Positions 51,700-64,000 of a DNA stretch of 64,000 nucleotides are shown here, one piece after another. A model generated the notes under the pieces. It worked only from the letters and a program-made list of their open reading frames with translations. It was not told the DNA's origin and ran no database searches. A program made the position numbers and the translations under genes. How positions within the stretch are numbered: the first letter of the stretch is position 1; every line of letters begins with the position of its first letter. The DNA is from Stegostoma tigrinum (lineage: Eukaryota), in contig NC_081355.1 of the NCBI RefSeq assembly GCF_030684315.1, forward strand, positions 136,581,178-136,645,177, read 5' to 3'.

Positions 51700-51950
51700 A
51701 GACTGTAAGGACAGCTGATGCTGGAAGCTAGAGTCGATAAGTGTTGGAGCTGAGAAAGCAGGTCAGACAGCATCTGAGGAGCAACAAAGTCAATGTTTCG
51801 GGCCAAAACCCTTTGTCAGAAGTCTTGGCAAAGGGTTCTAACCCAAAACATTGACTTTCCTGCTCCTCAGATGCAGTCTGACCTGCTGTGCTTTTCCAGC
51901 TCTACATTTATTGACTCCAGTTCTGGCATGTGCAGTCCTTACTGTCTCCA
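51700..51950. mobile_element. Miniature palindromic Penelope-derived element
   Basis: GGAGACTGTAAGGACAGC...CATCTGAGGAGCAACAAAGTCAATGTTTCGGG is inverted against CCCAAAACATTGACTTTCCTGCTCCTCAGATG...GCAGTCCTTACTGTCTCC. Confidence 0.75.
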
Positions 51951-52220
51951 AACTCCAGTCAGCCAGGTACTCCTGTTCAGTGCATCTGGAAAGAATTCTT
52001 ATCTGCATCTCACATTTTAATGAAGAAACCCAACAGCAATATCCAGAGATATCTCCTTTTCAAATATTCAACTATATATATTTAATAAAGCTAGTCAAAT
52101 GTCCACTAAGCCCAATTGTTTTGGAAACATCAAGTTGTCTGACATCAATCCTTACGGGGCCCTCAAAACATGTGATTTGCACCATAAGCACTATAACCTG
52201 CAAAGCCATGGATCAAGTAC

Positions 52221-52838
52221 ACCTCCGCTCAGTTCGCAATAAACAACTGCACCTCCCAGTCGCAAACCATTTCCACTCCCCCTCCCATTCTTTAGATGAC
52301 ATGTCCATCATGAGCCTCCTGCAGTGCCACAATGATGCCACCCGAAGGTTGCAGGAACAGCAACTCATATTCCGCTTGGGAACCCTGCAGCCCAATGGTA
52401 TCAATGTGGACTTCACCAGCTTCAAAATCTCCCCTTCCCCCACCGCATCCCAAAACCAGCCCAGCTCTTCCCCTCCACCCACTGCATCCCAAAACCAGTC
52501 CAACCTGTCTCTGCCTCCCACCTGTTCTTCCTCTCACCCATCCCTTCCTCCCACCCCAAGCCGCACCTCCATCTCCTACCTACTAACCTCATCCCACCTC
52601 CTTGACCTGTCCGTCTTCCCTCGACTGACCTATCCCCTCTCTACCTCCCCACCTATACTCTCCTCTCCACCTATCTTCTTTTCTCTCCATCTTCGGTCTG
52701 CCTCCCCCTCTCTCCCTATTTATTCCAGAACCTTCACCCCATCCCCCTTTCTCATGAAGGGTCTAGGCCCGAAACATCAGCTTTTGTGCTCCTGAGATGC
52801 TGCTGGGCCTGCTGTGTTCATCCAGCCTCACATTTTAT
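52221..52838 (+). mobile_element. Penelope-like 3' fragment (single arm, no tail)
   Basis: 'HLRSVRNKQLHLPVANHF...RRLQEQQLIFRLGTLQPNGIN'. The 10-bp TSD GATCAAGTAC is at 52211-52220 and 52839-52848. Confidence 0.92.
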
Positions 52839-53474
52839 GATCAAGTACTGGAAAGCGGGATTAAGAATGAACGACTAGGTTATTCAATTTGCACAGATCC
52901 CACGCACTTAATGACAGCTTTTAATGATGTAATGTGTTGATGATCATCTTATCATCTAGGTCAGGAGATGGAGGTAGGATCCAGCACAATAGTAGGAGCC
53001 CAACTAGTTAAGACAAACTGCTGTGAAACTCGGATTGAAGTCTGAGTTGGTGGCAAGGTCACTATTGCGTGCGCGCCTTAATACAAAGGGAGACTTCATG
53101 CCCAGACACTCTTCCAGTCTCTAGCCAAGTCATTTGCCAGTATTAAAACAAAAAAATTGGCTTTACTCAGGCTAACAACAAAATTCACGCAGACGATTAA
53201 TTTAGCTTGGTTCAGTCCTTAACCATTGCAACTTCTTGCATCCAGATTACATATTGATCAATCAAAGGTTTCCTCTGCAAAACATGCTTCTGATGATTCA
53301 GAAAATGAAGTCTTCCAATTAAGGAATTAGACTCTGAACATTTAATTAACTCAAAAGGAAAAATTATTATAATATTTAATTTAAGGATAGTTTTTATTAA
53401 GAATCAATGAAACAAGGAATTTGAAAATATTTTTAAAAGCTCATAACCCAGAGTTGGACTTGAATATGTAATCA

Positions 53475-53668
53475 TAGAACAGTACAGGCCCTTTGGCCCT
53501 CGAGGTTGTGCCGACCTGTCATACCGATCTGAAGCCCATCTAACCTACACTGTTCCATGTATGTCCAAATGCTTATCCAATGACGACTTAAATGTACCTA
53601 AAGTTGGCAAATCTACTACTGTTGCAGGCAAAGCGTTCCATTCCCTTATAACTCTTCGAGTAAAGAAG
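53475..53668 (-). mobile_element. CR1 3' end
   Basis: Near-identical to 23420-23610. Confidence 0.85.
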
Positions 53669-53948
53669 TAATCCTTGGAATAGAAGTCCCATTTGCAAAT
53701 AAATGACCTTATCGGCCACATACTCAGTGCTTCCACAGACACGGAAACAATACAAATTCAAGACTATAGCTGATGGCTGAAGCTTATGGACACCCACATG
53801 AAATAACTTATAATAAATAATAATAACAAGGCAGAACAAACTCAATGAGCCACAAATTTTAATCTACTGTAGCTGGAACGGAAAGGCTCCAGGAAGGGTT
53901 GTGCATGTTTTACGCCATCTGACACTTTTCCAATCAGGTGTTAGTAGC

Positions 53949-55602
53949 ATAACACGGTATAGAGCTGGATGAACACAGCAGGCCAAGCAGCATCAGAGGA
54001 GCAGGAAGGCTGATGGTTCGGGCCTAAACCATTCTTCAGAAATGGGGGAGGGAAAGGGGGTTCTGAAATAAATAGGGAGAGAGGGGGAGGTGGATAGAAG
54101 ATGGATGAAGGAGAAGATAGGTGGAGAGGAGACAGACAGGTCAAAAAGGCGGGGATGGAGCCAGTAAAGGTGGGTGTAGATGGGGAGTTAGGAAGGAGAA
54201 AGGTCAGTCCAGGGAGGACGGACAGGTCAAGGGAGCGGGATGAGGTTAGTAGGTAGGAGATGGGGGTGGTGTTTGAGGTGGGAGGTGGGGACGAGCTGGG
54301 CTGGTTTTGGGATGCAGTAGGGGGAGGGGAGATTTTGAAGCTCGTGAAGTCCACATTGATACCATTGGGCTGTAGCATTCCCAAGCAGAATATGGGTTGC
54401 TGTTCCTGCAACCTTCGGGTGACATCATTGTGGCACTGCAGGAGGACCAGGATGGACATGTCATTTGAAGGGAAAGGGGAGTTGAAATACTTCACAACTG
54501 GGAGATGCAGTTGTTTATTGCGAACCAAGCGAGGCTGTTCTGCAAAGTGGTCCCCAAGCCTCCGCTTGATTTCCCCGATGTAGAGGAGGTCACAACAGGA
54601 ACAGCGGATACAGTACACCACATTAGCAGATATGCAGGTGAACACCTCCTTGATGCGGTAAGTCTTCTTGGGGCCTGGGATAGGGGTGAGGGGTATGGTG
54701 TAGGGTTAGGTGTAGCACTTCCTGCCATTGCAGGGAAAAGTGCAGGGTGTGCAACCGCAGGATATTTTCTCTACAACAGCAGGAAGTGCTACAACTGCCC
54801 CAACACCTCCCCCAACACCCCCATCCCAGGCCCCAAGCCTTTCCACATCAAACAGATGTTCACCTGCACATCTGCCAATGTGGTATACTGCATCCGCTGT
54901 TTCCGTTGTGGCCTCCTCTATATCAGGGAAACCAAGCGGAGGTTTGGGGACTGCCTTGCAGAACACCTACACTCGGTTCACACTAAACAACTGCACCTTC
55001 CAGTCATGAACCACTTCAACTCACCCTCCCTTCCTTAGAAAACATGTCCATCCTGGGCCTCCTAGAGTACCACAACGATGCCACCTGAAGGTTGCAGGAA
55101 CAGTAACTCATAATCCCCTTGGGAACCCTGCAGCCCAATGGTATCAATGTGGACTTGACAAGTTTCAAAATCTCCCCACCTCCTACTGCATCCCAAAACC
55201 AGCACAGTTCATCCCCGCCTCCCTAAACTGTCCTTTCTCCCACGTATCCCCTCCCCTCCCACCCCATCTCCTACCTACTGACCTCATCCCGCCCCTTGAC
55301 CTGTGTCCTCCCTGGACTGACCTATCTCCTCCTTAACTCCCCACCTACACTCACCTTTACTGGGTCCATCCCCGCCTCTTTGACCTGTCTGTCTCCTCTC
55401 CACCTATCTTCTCCTTTATCCATCTTCTATCCACCTCCCCCCTCTCTCCCTATTTATTTTAGAACCCCCTTCCCCTCCCCCATTTCTGATGAAGGATTTA
55501 GGCCCGAAACATCAGCCTTCCTGCTCCTCTGATGCTGCTGTTCATCAAGTTTTACACAGTGTTATCTCAGATTCTCCAACATCTGTAGTTCCTACTATCT
55601 CT
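53949..55602. mobile_element. Older fold-back Penelope-like insertion with ~0.8-kb inverted arms
   Basis: GIY-YIG 'NVVYCIRC..C.LLYI.E.KRR' is on both strands (ORFs 53941-54645 - and 54505-55038 +). The centre is at ~54750. The direct repeat AGGTGTTAGT is at 53936-53945 and 55609-55618. Confidence 0.9.
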
Positions 55603-55916
55603 GAAACAAGGTGTTAGTGGTGTTGTAATTACAATGTCATAAATTAGTTATTACAGGTCTACATTGAACAGGGGATGGAAGTTATCTTTCTTGATAATCT
55701 GTTCTTCTTCCTGACTCCCCTTGTTTACAAATTCTCTAATCTTGCTGGGCTCAACATTGAAAATTATCTTTTACATCTGCTCCTAATTAAAACTTTATGT
55801 CTGCCGGTCTAACTAATGATTTATCTAGCAGGGATCACTTTGGAAGAGGGCACAATTTACAGAATTTAATAAGAATAATGTCAGATGATCAAACCATCAA
55901 GTAAAATTTTAACAGT

Positions 55917-57379
55917 GATAATGGGAACTGCAGATGCTGGAGATTCCAAGATAATAAAATGTGAGGCTGGATGAACACAGCAGGCCAAGCAGCATCTCAG
56001 GAGCACAAAAGCTGACGTTTCGGGCCTAGACCCTTCATCAGAGAGGGGGATGGGGGGAGGGAACTGGAATAAATAGGGAGAGAGGGGGAGGCGGACCGAA
56101 GATGGAGAGTAAAGAAGATAGGTGGAGAGGGTATAGGTGGGGAGGTAGGGAGGGGATAGGTCAGTCCAGGGAAGACGGACAGGTCAAGGAGGTGGGATGA
56201 GGTTAGTAGGTAGCTGGGGGTGCGGCTTGGGGTGGGAGGAAGGGATGGGTGAGAGGAAGAACCGGTTAGGGAGGCAGAGACAGGTTGGACTGGTTTTGGG
56301 ATGCAGTGGGTGGGGGGGGAAGAGCTGGGCTGGTTGTGTGGTGCAGTGGGGGGAGGGGATGAACTGGGCTGGTTTAGGGATGCAGTGGGGGAAGGGGAGA
56401 TTTTGAAACTGGTGAAGTCCACATTGATACCATATGGCTGCAGGGTTCCCAGGCGGAATATGAGTTGCTGTTCCTGCAACCTTCGGGTGGCATCATTGTG
56501 GCAGTGCAGGAGGCCCATGATGGACATGTCATCAAGAGAATGGGAGGGGGAGTGGAAATGGTTTGCGACTGGGAGGTGCAGTTGTTTGTTGCGAACTGAG
56601 CGGAGGTGTTCTGCAAAGCGGTCCCCAAGCCTCCGCTTGGTCTACATTGGGGAAACCAAGCGGAGGCTTGGGGACCGCTTTGCAGAACACCTCCGCTCAG
56701 TTCGCAACAAACAACTGCACCTCCCAGTCGCAAACCATTTCCACTCCCCCTCCCATTCTCTTGATGACATGTCCATCATGGGCCTCCTGCACTGCCACAA
56801 TGATGCCACCCGAAGGTTGCAGGAACAGCAACTCATATTCCACCTGGGAACCCTGCAGCCATATGGTATCAATGTGGACTTCACCAGTTTCAAAATCTCC
56901 CCTTCCCCCACTGCATCCCTAAACCAGCCCAGTTCATCCCCTCCCCCCACTGCACCACACAACCAGCCCAGCTCTTCCCCCCCACCCACTGCATCCCAAA
57001 ACCAGTCCAACCTGTCTCTGCCTCCCTAACCGGTTCTTCCTCTCACCCATCCCTTCCTCCCACCCCAAGCCGCACCCCCAGCTACCTACTAACCTCATCC
57101 CACCTCCTTGACCTGTCCGTCTTCCCTGGACTGACCTATCCCCTCCCTACCTCCCCACCCACACCTTCTCCACCTATCTTCTTTACTCTCCATCTTCGGT
57201 CCGCCTCCCCCTCTCTCCCTATTTATTCCAGTTCCCTCCCCCCATCCCCCTCTCTGATGAAGGGTCTAGGCCCGAAACGTCAGCTTTTGTGCTCCTGAGA
57301 TGCTGCTTGGCCTGCTGTGTTCATCCAGCCTCACATTTTATTATCTTGGAATCTCCAGCATCTGCAGTTCCCATTATCT
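55917..57379. mobile_element. Hybrid fold-back Penelope-like element at the duplication junction
   Basis: The right part is a copy of 26.9-27.96 kb. The left end carries the 36-nt tail and variants absent from copy 1, and it lacks the left TSD. Confidence 0.9.
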
Positions 57380-57438
57380 ATGACACGTCAAAGGACCTTC
57401 TTTCATGCTGTGAATTTCTTTGATATATTCAGAAGGTC

Positions 57439-58519
57439 AGGAGGAATGGGATACAGGGGAACTTAGCTGCTTGGATACAGAATTGGCTGGCCAACAGAAG
57501 ACAGCGTGTGGTAGTAGAAGGAAAATATTCTGCCTGGAAGTCAGTGGTGAGTGGGGTTCCACAGGGCTCTGTCCTTGGGCCTCTACTGTTTGTAATTTTT
57601 ATTAATGACTTGGACGAGGGAATTGAAGGATGGGTCAGCAAGTTTGCAGACGACACAAAGGTCGGAGGTGTCGTTGACAGTGTAGAGGGCTGTTGTAGGC
57701 TGCAGCGGGACATTGACAGGATGCAGAGATGGGCTGAGAGGTGGCAGATGGAGTTCAACCTGGATAAATGCGAGGTGATGCATTTTGGAAGGTCGAATTT
57801 GAAAGCTGAGTACAGGATTAAGGATAGGATTCTTGGCAGCGTGGAGGAACAGAGGGATCTTGGTGTGCAGATACATAGATCCCTTAAAATGGACAGGGTT
57901 GTTAAGAAAGCATATGGTGTTTTGGCTTTCATTAACAGGGGGATTGAGTTTAAGAGTCGTGAGATCTTGTTGCAGCTCTATAAAACTTTGGTTAGACCGC
58001 ACTTGGAATACTGCGTCCAGTTCTGGGCGCCCTATTATAGGAAAGATGTGGATGCTTTGGAGAGGGTTCAGAGGTTTACCAGGATGCTGCCTGGACTGGA
58101 GGGCTTATCTTATGAAGAGAGGTTGACTGAGCTCGGTCTCTTTTCATTGGAGAAAAGGAGGAGGAGAGGGGACCTAATTGAGGTATACAAGATAATGAGA
58201 GGCATAGATAGAGTCGATAGCCAGAGACTATTTCCCAGGGCAGAAATGGCTAGCACGAGGGGTCATAGTTTTAAGCTGGTTGGTGGAAAGTATAGAGGGG
58301 ATGTCAGAGGCAGGTTCTTTACGCAGAGAGTTGTGAGAGCATGGAATGCGTTGCCAGCAGCAGTTGTGGAAGCAAGGTCATTGGGGTCATTTAAGAGACT
58401 GCTGGACATGCATATGGTCACAGAAATTTGAGGGTGCATCCATGAGGATCAATGGTCGGCACAACATTGTGGGCTGAAGGGCCTGTTCTGTGCTGTACTG
58501 TTCTATGTTCTATGTTCTA
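57439..58519 (+). mobile_element. CR1 LINE (duplicate of 28020-29100)
   Basis: Identical 307-aa ORF at 57508-58431. Confidence 0.95.
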
Positions 58520-59913
58520 TATAAAGATGTTGTTTTAACAGACTACAGAATGCCATGGTACAAAGGGACTTGTGTGTCTTGTACATGAATCAGGAAGTAG
58601 TCAGGAAGACAAATCAAATATTGGTCTTTCTTGCAAGGTGGAATGGAGTATAAATGAAGGAACGTCTTGCTACAAATGTTCAGAACATTAATAAGACCAC
58701 AACTAGAGTCTTGCCTACAGTTTTGGTCTAATTGTTCACGTTGGGATAGAATTGCATTGGAAACCATTCATTTTACCAGGTTGATTCCTGGGTTGAAAAG
58801 TTTGTCTTCTGAAAAATGCTTGAACAGGTGGGACCTACACTCAGTGAAGTTTACAATTGTGGGAGGTGATCTTATTGAAGCATATACTTCTGAGGACACA
58901 GAATTTATTGTGAGGATCTCAGAATTTGCTATTGGCATTTTGAAGTTAGTTGGGAGTTCTCCACTCCAGACAGTGGTATAGACTAAGTCACTGAATACAT
59001 TCAAACCAACCAATTCCTTAATTTTAGTGGAGGACAGACTAAGTGGGCTGAAGGAAAAGATCATTATCAGCCATGATCTTAATAGATGAAAGGGCAGAAT
59101 TTGAGGGGACCATACTCTGAAATCTGTCTTTTTGATTCCCAAATATCAATTTCTTGTCCATCATCAGTAACTCCTGTTTTAAGTTTTTGTTTCACTTCCC
59201 AATAACTGTTTGAAAAATAATTGCATTATCATTCGACTCAATGTAAAGAATTTTTAAGATGGAAGAACATATTGTGCAAATTGCTGAATATCCACACTTT
59301 TGGACTGATCTAAGAGATTGTAACCAGTCAATAAAAATGAAATACTAGTAGTGGATGCTGGGAACCTGACTTAAAAACAAAGAAGACTGAAGAAATTCAG
59401 GAGGTCTAGCAAAAAGAAACAGGGGTTGGCTAGCTCACAACAACAGCATAAGTTTCTGGAAAAGCTCAGCAGGTCTTGCAGAATCTGTGAGGGAAAAAGC
59501 AGCGCTAACATTTCTGAGATAGTAGGAACTGTAGATGCTGGAAAATCTGAGACAATAAGGTGTAGAGCTGGATGAACCCAGCAGGCCAAGTAGCATCAGA
59601 GGAGCAGAAGGCTGACGTTTCAGGCCCGGACCCTTCTTAACATTTCTGGTTCGGTGACCTTTCCTCAGCACCGGAGTTGTTATACTGGTTAGCTCAATTT
59701 GCTGGACTGTTATTGCCACTGAGTTCAATTCCGCTCCAGCCGAAGTTACCATAAGATATTCACTCACTAAAGTTAAAACCCTCTCCAGACATATTTTTCT
59801 CTCTCTCTCCCCCCGACCCCTCTGGCGGAAACAGCAATCTTGTAGTCTTTCTCTTTAGAGAAAAACAAGAGTTAGCGTTTCGAGTCCGATAATAACTTCT
59901 TCAGAACTTTTAA

Positions 59914-60310
59914 GGGCCACAACCAATAGAGCAGGTGGAAGCAGGTTAAAACGTCATTTGCACGTTACTCTGGTGGGCGGAACTCAGTAAAACGTCGAAG
60001 GGTAGCGGAAGGTGTAGGAGGAGGCAGATATCCGTCTGAAACCGAGCAATTGAAAATAAGGATCGGCGGAGCGGGCTGCTTTACGGCTACCAGCGGGATT
60101 GGATACACGATCAGCACGCGGCGGCTGTTGACTCGATACAGCGTTGTCTTGACGTTCGATTGGAACACGGACAATCACCGGGCAACATTCGATCTCAGTG
60201 CGCATGCGCTTTCCTCCCGGGCCACGCTCGAACCACCGCCCGCTGATTGGGCCTGCTCATCGGAAGATCGCGGAAGGCGGCCAGCGGATTGGTGGGTTTC
60301 AGTCGGATTG
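59914..60310 (+). promoter_or_regulatory. IDI1 copy 2 promoter
   Basis: Copy of 30495-30891. Confidence 0.75.
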
Positions 60311-60411
60311 ATGCTGCGGATGGCTCTTGTTGCTTATGTGTGGCAGCTCGGCAGCTTGTTGCGTCGAGCTGCTCAGCGCCAACATTCTGTAGCTGTACCC
60401 TGGTTTTCTGG
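60311..60411 (+). CDS. IDI1: IDI1 copy 2, exon 1
   Basis: Identical to 30892-30992. Confidence 0.7.
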
Positions 60412-62104
60412 GTAAGTGGTAGTTAGTCTAACCTCTAGTAACCAGAATCAAGTTGGCTTTCATGTCAGTGAAAGTAAACCCAGTGATTTCTTCCTCACCT
60501 CCTTGTTACGAAAGGAATAATTTCTTTATTAGTTTCTCGACGGCCTTGGGTTACCGAAACTGCAGGAACTGTATCAGAGATAATGGCAACTACATATTCT
60601 GGACAGTGCAAATAGTTTGGATAAAAACCGAAAGAACTGCGGATGCTGTAAATCACCAACAAAAACGGAAGTTGTTGAAAAGCTCAGCAGGTCTGGTAGA
60701 GTCACCGGACCCGAAATGTTAACTTTTTTTCTTCACAGATGCTGTCAGACCTGCTGAGCCTTTCCAGCAACTCCTGTTTTGTTACTGTAATTTGAATCTG
60801 TGGGATGAGGTATTTTGTGGAAAGATCCCGCAATTTAAATCAGGCTGTTCTGCCCAAATAGACTGCCAGCGTTTCTGCTGCAGATGAGTATCACCTCTTC
60901 TGTTTTTCCCCCCTAACCTCCTCATATCTCGGTCCTTTGTTCCGTCCTCATTTTGCTGTCCTGTCCTCATTTTGCTGTCCTATATGTAGCGAGGCTCTGT
61001 GTCTCAGGAACCTATAATACAGTTAGTCTCTGTAGCCTAGTTAGATTGGAAACCTTTTCCTAAGGAATAGGAGTAATCCGATCAGTACCTCAATCCTGGG
61101 AGACAATTCTAGATCATCTCCCTTAATTGCTACACTATTCCTTGAGAACAAGCAATCTCTGGGTTGCAAACAGGGTCTGTTCACAGGTCAATTTGTATGC
61201 AAGTCAGAACACAATACAGGACAATATAAAATAGCCATCGGTAAATATGAAGTAGATGCTAGAACTTTAAAGTTTAATATTTAATGCAACTCTACGTGGT
61301 ATGACTTTTATAAGGATGAATGTTTGGAATTCAGGATGTTGTTAAATTGGGATTGTGATTAGAAATCTTGATTTCTGCTGAGTTTGCTTAATGATAGAAT
61401 TCTTCACCCCAGAGGACTGTGGGAATTCAGACGATTCCCTGTCTTTTGACTGAAGAGGTACCTCCTCCGATCGATCTTAAGTGACTTACCTCTCACCCTG
61501 ACCTGATGTCTGAATACTCCAGACTCTAACCATGGGAAACCACCTTTCCGTATCTACTGTCTATCCATTTAAAACTTTATTTCTAAAAACTGGATCTGTG
61601 CCTAAACTACCAGAACAAGCGATGAGTTCATGAGTGTTATTCCTTGAAACCAGATATAAATGTGTACCAGTGTAAAATGGCACTACAGTTCCCAAAAGAT
61701 TATGCTGCTCCTTTTAAGTGATGTAGGTGTTGTCCCCTTAGTGGAAGGATAAGTGACTTATTTTCCTGTAAGTAGCCACAAGAGTCATAGATGCTTGTTG
61801 CTTTGTCATTTTACTCTTTTTCTTCTGCTGGTAACTTGGTCTGGCTGAAATTAAGATGTTATGGTGGAAAGGTGAAGAAAAAAGTAATGTCTTGTATAGT
61901 ATCCGTGTTGATGTGATATATATCTGGATACCACCTTGCTGCAGAAGAAACTAAACAAATTTTTGTTTTATAATTTTAATTCTAAATTCTAATGCTAACA
62001 TCCACTCAACTGACAGTCTGTTTTTACAAAATGAAACTTTTTGTAACATATGTTTAATACACAAATTGCAAGTAAAAGTTGGAATGGTCATTAGACTAAT
62101 GTAA

Positions 62105-62362
<258 letters not shown>

Positions 62363-63669
62363 TAAGTTATCAGGATTACAAAACACTAGTTAACTTCTTC
62401 CTTTTGGCATTTTCTGTACTCCAGCCCAGGTGAGAAGGGTGATAGCTTGGAAACGTCATCAGGCAATTCCTGCCCAACCAGAGCATCTCTACCGTGGAGA
62501 CTCTATTATGTATCTTCTTAGTAAAATATTGAGTAAATAGTTATGACTTATATGTTGTTTTTTCACCAAAAAATTCATCAAAGTATCAAAGCCTCTTATT
62601 CTCTGGAGAACATGCAAGTTCTCTGGAAGGAAAACACTGATACAGACTTGCTGGTCTCCATGATCAAAGTATATCCTGCCCATTCCAGTAGCATGTGCTA
62701 CCATTAAATTGAGGGTTTCATAATGATGTTTGGTGTCAGATCACGGCTTATCAAAAAGCAACATTACAAAGTAATTTAACTCTTGAAAATGAAGAAGAGG
62801 CAATTTATTTCATGAAGTTGCTACCAATCAGACAGTCTCAATGTGGATGGATGTTATTCTATATCATGATTTCAACTGTGTGGCTGTCTAAATTTTGAAA
62901 CTTGGGAGGAGCAAGAGAAGAAGATTCTCAGCTGCGTAGATCTCTAACTTTTCATCTTTAAAAGCAAGAAGGTTTTTGGGGAAGGGTTGCTGAAAATAAG
63001 AGTAGAATCTGCAATATGAATTTTAAATCTTTGAAAGGAAAATACAAACTTATTTGTTCAAAATATTTATGGATAGAAAGGTTTTCTTAAATTTATTTGT
63101 GGATGTGAGGAGTGTCATATCAGGCATGATCCTGTTACATGCTGAAGCAGACTTGAGGGCCTGAATGGCCTACTCTTTCTGATTTCTTGTGCTTCCCAGA
63201 AGATAGGATTGTAACTGCAGCTGCTAGAATGTCAGCACGCAGAGTATGTTGATGCTGAACATGCAGAAAAGATTTACAAGGATGTTGCCAGGGTTGGAGG
63301 GTTTGAACTGTAGGGAGAGGCTGACCAGGCTATTTTCCCTGGAACATCGGAGGTTGAGGGGTGACCTTTCAGAGGTTTATAAAAACTTGAGGGGGCATGA
63401 ATAGGGTGCATAGCTAAGGTCTTTTTCCTAGGGTAGGGGAGTCCAAAACTAGAGGGCATACGTTTAAAGTGAGAGGGGAAAGATATGAAAGGGACCTGAG
63501 GCATTGGATGGGTACATATAGGAAGGGTTTACAGGGATATGGGGGGGGGGCAAATGCTGGCAAATGGGACTAGATTAATTTAGGATATGGGACTGGCCTG
63601 GATGAGCTGGACCGAAGGGTTTGTTTCTGTGATGTACGTCGGACTCTATAACTGCGTGCAAGTGAATAA

Positions 63670-63837
<168 letters not shown>

Positions 63838-64000
63838 TAAGATCCTAGGGTATTGGCAGTGAAAATCTCTCACCCTAGTTTGTTTTACTTCAGTTATCAG
63901 GGTTCCTAGGGCTTCACAGTTGATACCATTCTCAGTCGTTTGTAAGTTGGAAGGTTCTGGCGTCAAGTCCCAATGCAGGACCTGAAGAACAAAATTAAAG

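Noticed and set aside
51851-52795. 314-aa ORF
   Set aside because: Chance read-through from intronic sequence into a PLE fragment. It begins at a non-ATG codon and ends in a low-complexity Pro/Ser-rich repeat.

Overview
Vertebrate genomic DNA, most likely a shark (inferred from the CR1, Penelope and SINE repeat families). It holds three protein-coding genes assembled by hand from GT-AG exons. (1) The first two coding exons of a signal-peptide LRR gene resembling LRRC37 (minus strand, continues off the left edge). (2) A complete 5-exon IDI1 (30892-38227, +). (3) The last five coding exons of GTPBP4/NOG1 (42489-51474, -), convergent with IDI1. From about 55.95 kb the window restarts as an almost identical copy of 26.5-34.6 kb (offset 29,419 bp). 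This gives a second IDI1 and leaves the first GTPBP4 copy without its 5' exons; it is either a very recent tandem duplication or an assembly artefact. The junction lies inside a hybrid Penelope-like element. The most striking structure is a set of fold-back Penelope-like (GIY-YIG) insertions of different ages, with arms of 0.1-1.3 kb. The large ones are flanked by a single target-site duplication, have a ~36-nt tail on one arm only, and carry minimal hammerhead-ribozyme cores (CTGAnGA-N-stemII-GAAACGTC) on opposite strands. The rest is CR1 LINE fragments, tRNA-derived SINEs and a decayed Gypsy LTR element. All coordinates were counted by eye and repeat boundaries are approximate.
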